DNA from: an uncultured delta proteobacterium | GTDB taxonomy: Bacteria > Myxococcota > Kuafuiibacteriia > Kuafuiibacteriales > Kuafuiibacteriaceae | Reading direction: 5' to 3' | Assembly (NCBI GenBank): GCA_963803435.1 | Contig: CAWDML010000008.1 | Location: forward strand, 128,001 to 192,000 | Length of the DNA stretch: 64,000 nt | Part shown: one piece after another, positions 17,300-25,790 of the stretch | How the letters are laid out: every line of letters starts with the position of its first letter | Numbering within the stretch: the stretch's first letter is position 1 | Translations under genes and position numbers: made by a program | Notes under the pieces: model-generated | Told to the model about the DNA's origin: nothing | What the model saw: only the letters and a program-made list of their open reading frames with translations | The model's database searches: none

Positions 17300-19306
17300 T
17301 TACTCGGACTGAAGCCAAGCCTTGTAGGCGTCCAGGTTGGTCGGTCGGCCCAGGAAGTCCTCGACGAGCTGGGCTGCGTCCTTCATCCCGCCCGGCTGCA
17401 GCACCATCTGCCGGTACGCCTGCGCGGTGGGGCCGTCGAGCAACCCGGCCTTCTCGAAGCGCGTGAAGATGTCTTTCGCCAGCGTCAGCGACCACTGGTA
17501 CGTGTAATACATCGAGCTGTAACCGTTGAGGTGCCCGAAGCTCGCGTACAGGTACGTCCCGTCCACGTGGGGGTATGGGCTGTACTTGTCCTGCATCTCC
17601 TTGGAGAAGTCCGACAGCTCGCCGATCTCCGCCGGGTCCTTGGCATGGAGGTAGTACGACAGCGCGGTGAAATGGATCTGGCGCATCAGATGGATGCCCT
17701 TTCCAAACTCGGAGGAGGCCTTCATCCGCTTCACGAGATCGGTCGGGATCGGCTCGTTGGTCTCGATGTGCTTGGCGAAGCGCTGGAGCACCGCCGGATC
17801 CCAGGTCCACTCCTCGAGGAGCTGCGAGGGCGCCTCCACGAAGTCCCACTCGGTGCTGATCCCGGACAGGTTCACCCACCGCGAGCCGCGCGCCAGCATC
17901 TGGTGCATCAGATGGCCGAACTCGTGGAAGTACGTGATCACCTCGTCGTGATCCATCAGGGCCGGTCCCTGCGTCTTCGCGGGATCCGGGAAGTTGCACA
18001 CCAGCGAAGCCACCGGGATGCGCCCGCCCTTCACGCCGGTCTGCATGCCGAACTCCGCCGCGTGGCCGTACTTGCCTTCCCGCGGGTGCATGTCGAGGTA
18101 GAAGCGCCCGACCACCTCGCCCCCGGCGAGGACGCGATACGCGAGCACGGACTCGTGCCAGACCGGCGCCTTCTCGTCGCGTTCGAACCGGACCCCGAAG
18201 AGCTCGCCGTAGAGATCCATCAGCCCCTGCGTCACGCGGTTGAACTCGAAGTAGGGGCGGACCGACTGTCCGTCGAAGCCATACTTTTCCCGGCGGACCA
18301 GCTCGGTGTAATAGAAGCGATCCCAGAGCTGGATCGTCGGATCCGAGACGCCGTCCTGTGCCTTGCGCGCCTTCAGCACCTCGAGATCGCGCTCCATCCG
18401 CGGCCGCGAGATCGAGGCGACCTCCTCGATGAACTTCTCGATGTTGGTCGCGCTCTTCACCATCTTGTCTTCGGCCATGTACTCGGCCCAGTTGGGGTAC
18501 CCGAGCTTGGCGGCGTACTGCTTGCGGAGCTCGAGCAGCCGCTTGAGGTTCTTGTCGTTGGCCGGATAGCCGCGCTTCGCCGACTCGATCATCAGCGCCT
18601 TACGCACCGACTCCTTCTTCACGTACTGCTGTACCGGGAAGAAGTCGGGGTAGTTGGTGGTCAGGACCACCTTGCCCTTCTCGTTGGGCGCGTGGGACTT
18701 GATGAAGTCCTCGGGCAGGCCGTCGAGGTCCGCCGGGTCCACCTCGATCTGGCGAACATCCTCGAGGATCGTGCGGTCGAACGCCTGGCCGACCTCCACC
18801 ATCTCCTCGTAGATCTTCTTGAGCTCGGCCCGGGTGGCTTCGTCCTTGTCGACGCCGGAGCGCTTGAAGTCGCGGAGGAGGTGCTCGAGCGAACGCTTGG
18901 TCTCTCCGTCCGCCGCCGACACGTCGACCCCCGAGAGCGCGTCGTACAGGTCGCGGTCCAGGTTGATCTCGTTGACCAGGTTCTGGAGCTCACGCTCGCA
19001 GGTTTCGGCTGCGGTTCGAACCTCCTTCGCCGGGTGCACGTTTTCCATGAGGTTCATGGTCCCGGCGGTCGCGTCGATCTCGAGCAGCATCTGGTTGTAC
19101 GGCTCGAGCGTCCCCTCCACAGTTCGGGCACCGCCGGCCTTCACGTCGTCCCGGATCTTGCGGATCGTCGCCAGGCTGTCCTTGCAGGCGGTCTGCAGGG
19201 AGCCGATGCTCGTCCAGATCGGCGAAGGGGCGGCGGCGTAGTCGATCGACTTGCCGTTGGTGGCGCAGGCGGTCGCCAGAAGCAGGAACGGGAGAGCTCT
19301 TCGCAT
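17300..19306 (-). CDS. M3-family Zn metallopeptidase (thimet oligopeptidase-like), lipoprotein
   Basis: Lipobox LATAC. FYLDMHPREGKY, FHEFGHLMH, DFVEAPSQLLE and FGHLNGY..YYTYQWS. Confidence 0.93.
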   Translation of the reverse strand: MRRALPFLLLATACATNGKSIDYAAAPSPIWTSIGSLQTACKDSLATIRKIRDDVKAGGARTVEGTLEPYNQMLLEIDATAGTMNLMENVHPAKEVRTAAETCERELQNLVNEINLDRDLYDALSGVDVSAADGETKRSLEHLLRDFKRSGVDKDEATRAELKKIYEEMVEVGQAFDRTILEDVRQIEVDPADLDGLPEDFIKSHAPNEKGKVVLTTNYPDFFPVQQYVKKESVRKALMIESAKRGYPANDKNLKRLLELRKQYAAKLGYPNWAEYMAEDKMVKSATNIEKFIEEVASISRPRMERDLEVLKARKAQDGVSDPTIQLWDRFYYTELVRREKYGFDGQSVRPYFEFNRVTQGLMDLYGELFGVRFERDEKAPVWHESVLAYRVLAGGEVVGRFYLDMHPREGKYGHAAEFGMQTGVKGGRIPVASLVCNFPDPAKTQGPALMDHDEVITYFHEFGHLMHQMLARGSRWVNLSGISTEWDFVEAPSQLLEEWTWDPAVLQRFAKHIETNEPIPTDLVKRMKASSEFGKGIHLMRQIHFTALSYYLHAKDPAEIGELSDFSKEMQDKYSPYPHVDGTYLYASFGHLNGYSSMYYTYQWSLTLAKDIFTRFEKAGLLDGPTAQAYRQMVLQPGGMKDAAQLVEDFLGRPTNLDAYKAWLQSE

Positions 19307-19786
19307 GAGGAGAGGCTCTAACAACGTTCGCCGCTGCACGGCAACGCCGGAGCGCCTCGACCGGCCCGCTCTGTCACGGAGTCGTCATTGCTCCTCGGGT
19401 TTGGGCCGAGCTTGCCGCGCGGAGTCCCGGCCATCGGCGCCTGGGTTCAGCAGCGGGACCTCGTCGATCGCGACGTGGGCTCCGCGTCTCGTTCGAGAGC
19501 CGCGGGCGGCTCGACGGACGCCCGCACTTTTCGCTCGAACTTCTCGATGGCGCGGGGCCGGTCGCGCTGTCCGATCGCAGCCGCCCGATCGAGCCGAACC
19601 GCGGCGGAACGCGCGACACCTCCAACCTCTCGCCGCGTCCCGCGGAGAAATCATGTGGTCGGTTGCCCACAGCCTCGACTGCGCGCGGATCTTCGCTTCG
19701 ATCGACGGGGCGTTCGGCGGACCACCGTTCGGTCAAGAGATGAACGCGCCTGGACCACGGGGTCGAGGCGCTGCTAGCCTCCCGGG

Positions 19787-21130
19787 ATGACTCGCGCTTG
19801 GCTCCATCTGCTCGCTTCCTCTGCTCTTTCGGTGTCCTTCGCCTGCTCCTCGAAGACCAGCGACGACGACTCCACGGACTCAGGATCTCCACCCGACATG
19901 GGCGTCGAAGACAGCGGCGTCGAGGACTCCGGCATGGTCGTGACCTCGAAGTGCGAACCGCCCGGCACCGAGCTCCAGGCGGGCACCGCGCCGTCACGCC
20001 GCGGCGACATGGTGTTCGCGTTCGACACCAACTGCGAGCGGGTGATCATGTTCTTCGGCGACAAGGCGGAGCCGTTCATGTGCGGCCCGGCCGCGTCGGA
20101 GTTTCTGACCGACGGCTATGTCTTCGATCCCGCCCGGGGGACTTGGGCCGAGATCCCGGCGCCCTCGGGCGCGGCCCCGCAGCAGCGCGCGCGCGCCTCG
20201 GCGGTCTGGGATCCCAACGCCAACAAGATGTACCTGTTCGGCGGGCGGTACCGCGCCGCCGGTAGCACGGGCGCATACACGTTCCTCAACGACGTCTGGG
20301 CCTACGATCCGTCGAGCAATGGCTGGGAGCAGCTCGCCGATCCGGGCTCGGCCAACGCCCCCTCGGGCCGGATGAACACCGTGATGGTCATGGATCCGGA
20401 CCGCAACCGGTTCCTGGTCCAGGACGGCGGCCAGACCGACCTCAACACCTTCACGATCGATCCGGGGGTGTGGGCGTTCAACCTGGGCGATCGGACCTGG
20501 GAGAAGCTGGTCATCAACGGGGCGGGTCCCATGCCGCGCCTGTTCCACACGGCGGCCCTCGATCGGCAGCGCAGCCGCCTCTACGTCTACGGCGGCGGCG
20601 GCGAGAACGCGTTCGTCGGACCCTTCTACGGGGACACCTGGTACCTCGATCTCGACACGCTCACGTGGACCGAGGTCGCCGCTTCCCCGGCCCCCGAGGG
20701 GCGCATCAAGGGCGTGATGGACTACGACGCGGCGCGCGACCGGATGGTGCTGTTCGCCGGTCACGACAACTCGTCCCTCGGCAACAACAACGACGTCTGG
20801 AGCTTGTCGCTCGAGACCCAGACCTGGGAGCACAAGCCCGGCGGCGACGCCTTCAACCGGCCTCAGTTCGGCTTCTGCGATTTCCCGGCGGACTTCGCCA
20901 CGGTCGATCCGAGCTTCCCGGAGCGGCGCGAGTCTCACATGTTCGTGATCTTCGGCGATCGGGCCATCATGTACGGAGGCCGCACGGACTGCGGGCTGAC
21001 GAACGACACCTGGTATCTCAACCTCCCTGACGACACGTGGGAGAACGTGAACCAGTCCTTCAATGGGATGACCTGCTTCCGCAGCGGTCGCACCGACTGC
21101 GAAGATCCCGACGCTCGCAAGTGCGGCTGA
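19787..21130 (+). CDS. Kelch-repeat beta-propeller lipoprotein
   Basis: Lipobox SFAC, DSG-repeat linker, and repeated YLFGG...NDVWAYD / VYGG...DTWYLD blades. Confidence 0.85.
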   Translation: MTRAWLHLLASSALSVSFACSSKTSDDDSTDSGSPPDMGVEDSGVEDSGMVVTSKCEPPGTELQAGTAPSRRGDMVFAFDTNCERVIMFFGDKAEPFMCGPAASEFLTDGYVFDPARGTWAEIPAPSGAAPQQRARASAVWDPNANKMYLFGGRYRAAGSTGAYTFLNDVWAYDPSSNGWEQLADPGSANAPSGRMNTVMVMDPDRNRFLVQDGGQTDLNTFTIDPGVWAFNLGDRTWEKLVINGAGPMPRLFHTAALDRQRSRLYVYGGGGENAFVGPFYGDTWYLDLDTLTWTEVAASPAPEGRIKGVMDYDAARDRMVLFAGHDNSSLGNNNDVWSLSLETQTWEHKPGGDAFNRPQFGFCDFPADFATVDPSFPERRESHMFVIFGDRAIMYGGRTDCGLTNDTWYLNLPDDTWENVNQSFNGMTCFRSGRTDCEDPDARKCG

Positions 21131-21150
21131 TCGGATCGGCGGACGCCCCC

Positions 21151-21188
21151 AAAAGGCGAAAGCCCCAGGCTTGGTCGAAGCCTGGGGC
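21151..21188 (-). terminator. Rho-independent terminator
   Basis: Minus strand GCCCCAGGCTT-CGACC-AAGCCTGGGGC (perfect 11-bp stem) followed by TTTCGCCTTTT. Confidence 0.8.
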
Positions 21189-21387
21189 GCACGTCGTATT
21201 CGATTTGAGGTTTCGGGACGCGTCCTGCGTGCCGCAAAAACCTGTGCGCCTCCTGGCGCTTGCGCCTCCTGGCTCGCCTCGCTGCTCTCCCCGTCCTTTG
21301 GGTGGCCGTCCTGGCCTCGATCGTCGTCCTGACTCGCCTCGTCGTCTCTGGAGTCCGTCCTAGACTCCACCAAGCCCGTCCTAGGCT
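21151..21387 (-). ncRNA. Candidate CsrB/RsmZ-like CsrA-binding RNA (3'-UTR array of GGA-loop hairpins)
   Basis: Eight AGGA motifs (six AGGACG, two AGGAGG) in about 170 nt, each in a short hairpin loop, all on one strand, ending at a terminator. Confidence 0.7.
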
Positions 21388-21728
21388 CGGATCGGACCGG
21401 CCTGAAGCCGGAAGTCCAAGTTGTTGGCCATCGGCGTGAACTGCTCACCAACGCTTCGAGCAGCCCGGTTTCGCCCGTTGCCGGTCCCCGCCACCAGGTT
21501 GCTCTCCGTCGGATCCACGGTCTCCTGCTGAATCTGCTCCAGCTGGTGCATCCGCATCGAGTTCACGCGCGCAATGTCGTTGTCCGTGTACTCTGCCAGC
21601 CGCTTCTGATTGTCGGTCTCGAACAGGCTTCCGAACTTCGAGCGGAAATCCCCAGTCGAGGCGTCCATCGCGTAGGCCCGCGTGGCCGAACCGTTCAAAT
21701 CAAACAGGCTTGCAAGTGAAAGCGTCAT
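21381..21728 (-). CDS. Hypothetical 115-aa protein (MTLSLASLFDLNGSATRAY...)
   Basis: GGAGG RBS 9 nt before the ATG at 21728, open frame to TAG at 21381, tandem promoter-like motifs upstream. No recognisable domain. Confidence 0.65.
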   Translation of the reverse strand: MTLSLASLFDLNGSATRAYAMDASTGDFRSKFGSLFETDNQKRLAEYTDNDIARVNSMRMHQLEQIQQETVDPTESNLVAGTGNGRNRAARSVGEQFTPMANNLDFRLQAGPIRA

Positions 21729-21754
21729 TGCTTTTGACCTCCGAGACAAACCAG

Positions 21755-21844
21755 TTATCGGAGGGCCGCAGCAGGTGTTGCGGAAAAAAAGACAGACCTC
21801 TGAGTGAGCGCATGTAGGTATCGGCATACAGAGTGCGCTGTTGC
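21755..21844 (-). promoter_or_regulatory. Two tandem sigma28-like promoters, GCAACA-N13-(G/T)CCGATA
   Basis: 21844-21819 GCAACAgcgcactctgtatGCCGATA and 21781-21755 GCAACAcctgctgcggcccTCCGATAA. Spacing is identical and the -10 resembles the FliA consensus GCCGATAA. Confidence 0.6.
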
Positions 21845-21880
21845 GTACAAATTTCGGGGGTGACTTTGGCAGGCGCTCGA

Positions 21881-21896
21881 TTGATTCATCAGTCAA
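21881..21896. promoter_or_regulatory. Putative TetR operator (imperfect palindrome)
   Basis: TTGATTCATCAGTCAA immediately before the TetR ATG. Confidence 0.5.
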
Positions 21897-21898
21897 CG

Positions 21899-22528
21899 AT
21901 GTCCGACGTCGTCGCGAAGCGCGCCGCCAGCCCGGAGGTCGCCGCCGACCGCAAGAAACAGATCCTGAAGGCGGCGGTCGAGGTGTTCGCGGAGCGGGGC
22001 TTTCACAGGACCCGGGTCTCGGACATCGCGAAGCGGGCGGGCGTCGCGTACGGCCTCATCTACCACTACTTCGACAGCAAGGACGACGTCCTCAACTCGC
22101 TGTTCGAGTCGAACTGGTCCGTCTTCCTGAAGGTCCTACGCGATCTGGCCGACAACCGCGACCTCGAGGCCCCGAAGAAGCTCGAGGCGATCGGCGTCCT
22201 CTTGATCGATGCGCTCCAGGTCGCCCCCAACATCATCCAGGTGATCATCCAGGAGGTCTCGCGCTCGGACCGCTTCGTGCACCCCAACAAGGTCAGCGCG
22301 TTCAACGATGCCTTCGAGGTGGTCCAGGAGATCATCGAGCAGGGAAAGGCTGCGGGAACGATCAAGGCGATCGTCGAGCCGACCGTCGGGGCGTACATCT
22401 TCTTCGGCGCGATCGAGACCGTCTGCACCGGCTTCACGCTCGGCGCGATCAAGTGCAGCACCAAGGAGGAGGCGGAGACCGTGAAGGCGACGTTCCGCGA
22501 GATCCTTCTGGAAGGACTCAAGGCATGA
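21899..22528 (+). CDS. TetR/AcrR-family transcriptional regulator
   Basis: HTH segment ILKAAVEVFAERGFHRTRVSDIAKRAGVAYGLIYHYFDSK. Confidence 0.93.
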   Translation: MSDVVAKRAASPEVAADRKKQILKAAVEVFAERGFHRTRVSDIAKRAGVAYGLIYHYFDSKDDVLNSLFESNWSVFLKVLRDLADNRDLEAPKKLEAIGVLLIDALQVAPNIIQVIIQEVSRSDRFVHPNKVSAFNDAFEVVQEIIEQGKAAGTIKAIVEPTVGAYIFFGAIETVCTGFTLGAIKCSTKEEAETVKATFREILLEGLKA

Positions 22529-23310
22529 GCGAGTACACCACGATCCTCTATCAGAGCGAGGGCCGGATCATCCGGGTCACCCTCAACCGCCCCGAGAAGG
22601 CGAACGCGCTCAACGACACCATGCTCGCCGAGCTCACGGACGCCTTCGACCGCGCCGACCGCGATCAGGACGCCTGCGTGATCGTGCTGCGCGGCGCCGG
22701 CGAGAAGGCGTTCTGCGCCGGCGCCGATCTCAGCGGGATGTCGGGCGGAGAGAGCTTCCTCGAGATCCACGAGGCCCGCGGCCTGTTCCCGGCGCTGTTC
22801 GTGAAGATCCTCAACCACTCGAAGCCGACCCTGTGTGCCGTCAACGGACACTGCGTCGCCGGGGGGCTGGGCTTGATGCTCGCCTGCGATCTCGCGATCG
22901 CCAAGTCCGGCGCGAAGATGGGCACGCCCGAGATCGCGCGAGGCCTCTTCCCGTTCATGATCTCGGCGTTGATCCTCCGCACCGTCGATCGCAGGAAGGC
23001 GAACGAGATGATGCTGCTGGGCGAGACGTTCAGCACCGAGCAGGCGGCCGAGTGGGGCCTGGTCAACAAGACGGTGCCGGCCGAGGACTTCGACGCGGCG
23101 GTCGAAGCCTGGGCCGCCAAGCTCGGCGGCTACTCGCCCGCGGTGCTACGCCTGGGGCGACGGGCGCTGATCCAGCAGGAGGGCATGCCGATCGAAGGCG
23201 CGCTCGCCCACCTGCAGGGGCTCATCACGATCAACTCGATGCTCGAGGATGCCGCCGAGGGCATCGCTGCTTTCTTCGAGAAGCGCGAACCCATGTTCAA
23301 GGGGAGATGA
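22525..23310 (+). CDS. Enoyl-CoA hydratase/isomerase (crotonase family)
   Basis: TLNRPEKANAL, AFCAGADL, VNGHCVAGGLGL, GTPEI and EGIAAFFEKREP. ATGA overlap with the TetR stop. Confidence 0.92.
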   Translation: MSEYTTILYQSEGRIIRVTLNRPEKANALNDTMLAELTDAFDRADRDQDACVIVLRGAGEKAFCAGADLSGMSGGESFLEIHEARGLFPALFVKILNHSKPTLCAVNGHCVAGGLGLMLACDLAIAKSGAKMGTPEIARGLFPFMISALILRTVDRRKANEMMLLGETFSTEQAAEWGLVNKTVPAEDFDAAVEAWAAKLGGYSPAVLRLGRRALIQQEGMPIEGALAHLQGLITINSMLEDAAEGIAAFFEKREPMFKGR

Positions 23311-23314
23311 AGTC

Positions 23315-24184
23315 ATGCCGATGCGAGACGACAAAGTGGTGATCACCTGCGCCCTCACCGGGGTCCTGGCCAACCGCGATCAGTGCCCATGGGTGCCGTA
23401 CACACCGGAGGAGATCGCGGACGAGGCCAAGCGCGCCTACGACGCCGGTGCCACCGTGGTGCACATCCACGCCCGCGATCCGGCGAGCGGAGGCCCCTCG
23501 TACGATCCCTCGGTCTACGCGGCGATCGCACGCGAGATCCGGAAGCGCTGTCCGTTGATCCTGAACTTCTCCACGGGCGCCGTCGGGATCACGCCGGAGC
23601 AGAAGATCGCGCCGGTCCTCGAAGTGAAGCCGGAGATCGCGGCGCTCAACATGGGCTCGATGAACTACGCGAAGTACAGCGCGCGCCGGAAGGACTTCGT
23701 CTTCGACATGGTCTTCGAGAACACGTTCGGGGAGATCCGCTCGCTGCTGAAGAGCATGAACGAGGTCGGAACGAAGCCGGAGCTCGAGTGCTTCGACAGC
23801 GGGCACACCAACTCGATCTGGCCGTTGATCGACATGGGCATGCTGAAGGAGCCGATCCAGTTCAGCTTCATCATGGGCGTGATGGGCGGGATCCCGGCCA
23901 CCGTGGACGCGCTCTCGTTCCAGTCCAAGCAGATCCCGAAGAGCTCCACCTGGGAGGTCATCGGCATCAGCCACGAGCAGTGGCGCCTGATCGCGGGCGC
24001 GCTGGCGCTCGGCGGGAACGTGCGGGTCGGGCTCGAGGACAACTTCTACGTGGCACCCGGCAAGATGGCGAAGTCGAACGGCGAGCTGGTGGAGAAGGCG
24101 GCGCGCATGGCCCGGGATACCGGCCGCGAGCCGGCCAACATCGACGAGGCGCGGGCGATCTTGTCGGTGGCACCTGTGCACTGA
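23315..24184 (+). CDS. Beta-keto acid cleavage enzyme (BKACE/DUF849, Kce-like)
   Basis: VITCALTG, PYTPEEIA, AGATVVHIHAR, KPELECFD and GGNVRVGLEDN. Confidence 0.92.
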   Translation: MPMRDDKVVITCALTGVLANRDQCPWVPYTPEEIADEAKRAYDAGATVVHIHARDPASGGPSYDPSVYAAIAREIRKRCPLILNFSTGAVGITPEQKIAPVLEVKPEIAALNMGSMNYAKYSARRKDFVFDMVFENTFGEIRSLLKSMNEVGTKPELECFDSGHTNSIWPLIDMGMLKEPIQFSFIMGVMGGIPATVDALSFQSKQIPKSSTWEVIGISHEQWRLIAGALALGGNVRVGLEDNFYVAPGKMAKSNGELVEKAARMARDTGREPANIDEARAILSVAPVH

Positions 24185-24219
24185 ATGTAGTTATACATCC
24201 TAGGATTCAGTATATTTGA

Positions 24220-24246
24220 GCAACACTTCGGCCAGCGCACCGATAA
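24220..24246 (+). promoter_or_regulatory. Sigma28-like promoter, GCAACA-N13-ACCGATAA
   Basis: Same motif and spacing as 21755-21844. It points into an intergenic region with no ORF. Confidence 0.55.
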
Positions 24247-24251
24247 GCAGG

Positions 24252-24340
24252 TTGGAGGGAAGCGAAGCCTCCCTTTCCTCGTCCCCGACACGCCCGGCCG
24301 GGGTGTTCGCCCCCCCGCCTCGCCCCGGCCGGGCACTTTT
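24252..24340 (+). ncRNA. Candidate small RNA with a C-rich terminal loop
   Basis: Downstream of the promoter motif: a GGAGG/CCTCC hairpin, a pyrimidine-rich linker, a 12-bp stem (24292-24303/24323-24334) with a C7 loop, then ACTTTT. Confidence 0.45.
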
Positions 24341-24408
24341 GAAGATCCCCTGTTCAAACGCCCTCTCGCCCGTTTCGGGCCGTGATCCGTGATCGGCCGT
24401 GGGAGCCG

Positions 24409-25209
24409 TTAGGGGGTGCGGTTGCAGCGCGCCATTCCGGCATGGGCGCGGGTGGCGATGCGGGGCTCGACGCCGCGGGCCAGGGCCGTCTCGAAGTCTT
24501 CCATCGCCTCCGAGCAGCGTCCGGATTGGGCGCGGAGCTCTCCGCGGAGCACGGTGAGCTCCAGGGCGCGCGGGTGCGTGTCGAGCGGCGTGCGGTCGAG
24601 GAGGGCGAGGGCCTCGGGCGCGCGGTCGAGCGCGATGAGCGCGGAGATCTGGGTCAGGAGGGCTTCGCGGTAGAGCAGGCCGCTCGGATAGGTCTCGCGG
24701 TAGGCCGCCAGGCGGGTGAGGGCGTCTTCGGCGCGGCCTTCGCGCAGGGCCGTCACGGCCGCCTTGATGACCTCCGACTCGAGGGCGAGGGGGCTCGGAT
24801 CGACGGCCGTCGTCCGGGGCGCCTTGGCCGTCCGGCGGATCGGTGGCGGCGGGGGCGGCGCAGCGGGGATCGGCGCGGGCGTCGCCGTCGGGGGCGGCGG
24901 GGGCGGCGCGACGCGCGGGGGCGTGGGCATCGTTTGCGGAGGCGGGGCCTCGGCCACGGGCGGAGGCGCGGTCCATGACCCGATCACCAGCGTTGCGGCC
25001 ATCGCGCCGCCGGCGAAGAGAAGCACCACGGCCAGCGCTGCCAGCAGGGGGACGGGGCGGCGGGTGGGCCTCCGGCCTTCGTTCTGCAAGACCGCCTGCA
25101 CCCGGGACGCGAGCGCGTCGGTGGGCGTCGCCGTGCGGACGCTGCGGAGGAGCTCGCCCGCCCTCGACTCGGGGCTGCCGTCGTCTCCGTGGTCCCGCCA
25201 GCGCTTCAT
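24409..25209 (-). CDS. Putative anti-sigma factor (TM helix, Pro-rich linker, TPR-like C-terminus)
   Basis: ATGA-coupled to the ECF sigma gene. Single TM helix and a YRETYPSGLLYREA TPR-like motif typical of myxobacterial anti-sigmas. Confidence 0.7.
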   Translation of the reverse strand: MKRWRDHGDDGSPESRAGELLRSVRTATPTDALASRVQAVLQNEGRRPTRRPVPLLAALAVVLLFAGGAMAATLVIGSWTAPPPVAEAPPPQTMPTPPRVAPPPPPPTATPAPIPAAPPPPPPIRRTAKAPRTTAVDPSPLALESEVIKAAVTALREGRAEDALTRLAAYRETYPSGLLYREALLTQISALIALDRAPEALALLDRTPLDTHPRALELTVLRGELRAQSGRCSEAMEDFETALARGVEPRIATRAHAGMARCNRTP

Positions 25210-25784
25210 CGGCCCTCCAGCCTCTGCATGCGCTCGAGGAACAGCTTGCGGGCGCGGTGCAGCTGGACCCAGACCGTCGCCTCCTTGACCTGCAGTCGCT
25301 CGGCGATCTCGCGGCCGTCCAGGCCCTCGAGCTCGAACAGGATGAGCACGACGCGATACTTCTCCTTCATGCCGTCGAGGACCCGGTAGACGAGCCGCTG
25401 GCGCTCGCGCCGCTCCGCCTCCTCGAGCGGGGTCGGCCCGGGCCCCGGGACCCGGTCGATCTCCTCGGTGTCGCCGGGCAGGAAAAGCTTACGGATCCGG
25501 GCGCGCCGCCGCTGGTTGCGGACCACGTTGCGCGCGATGCCGTAGAGCCAGGTGGAGGGCTTCGCCTCACCCCGGAACGAGTCGAGGCGCCGGCAGGCGA
25601 CGACGAAGACCTCCTGGACCAGATCCTCGACCTCCGGGCCGGGGCCCGACAGGTACGAGACCCAGCGACAGACCTCCTGAAAGTACCGGCGATACAGGAG
25701 CGCCGGCGTCAGAACCTCCGCCTCGTCGAGAGCGCCGACCGTGCCTGCATTCTCCCGACGGGCGACCGCCACGGCGATCAGCAT
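25206..25784 (-). CDS. ECF sigma factor (sigma70 family)
   Basis: Region 2 EDLVQEVF and STWLYGIARN. Region 4 EIAERLQVKEATVWVQLHRARK. Confidence 0.93.
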   Translation of the reverse strand: MLIAVAVARRENAGTVGALDEAEVLTPALLYRRYFQEVCRWVSYLSGPGPEVEDLVQEVFVVACRRLDSFRGEAKPSTWLYGIARNVVRNQRRRARIRKLFLPGDTEEIDRVPGPGPTPLEEAERRERQRLVYRVLDGMKEKYRVVLILFELEGLDGREIAERLQVKEATVWVQLHRARKLFLERMQRLEGR

Positions 25785-25790
25785 ACTCGA

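Noticed and set aside
21218-21387. CRISPR or REP interpretation of the recurring CGTCCT motif
   Set aside because: The repeats are only 4-6 nt with 15-30 nt spacing, and no cas genes are present. The variable complementary flanks fit RNA hairpins better.
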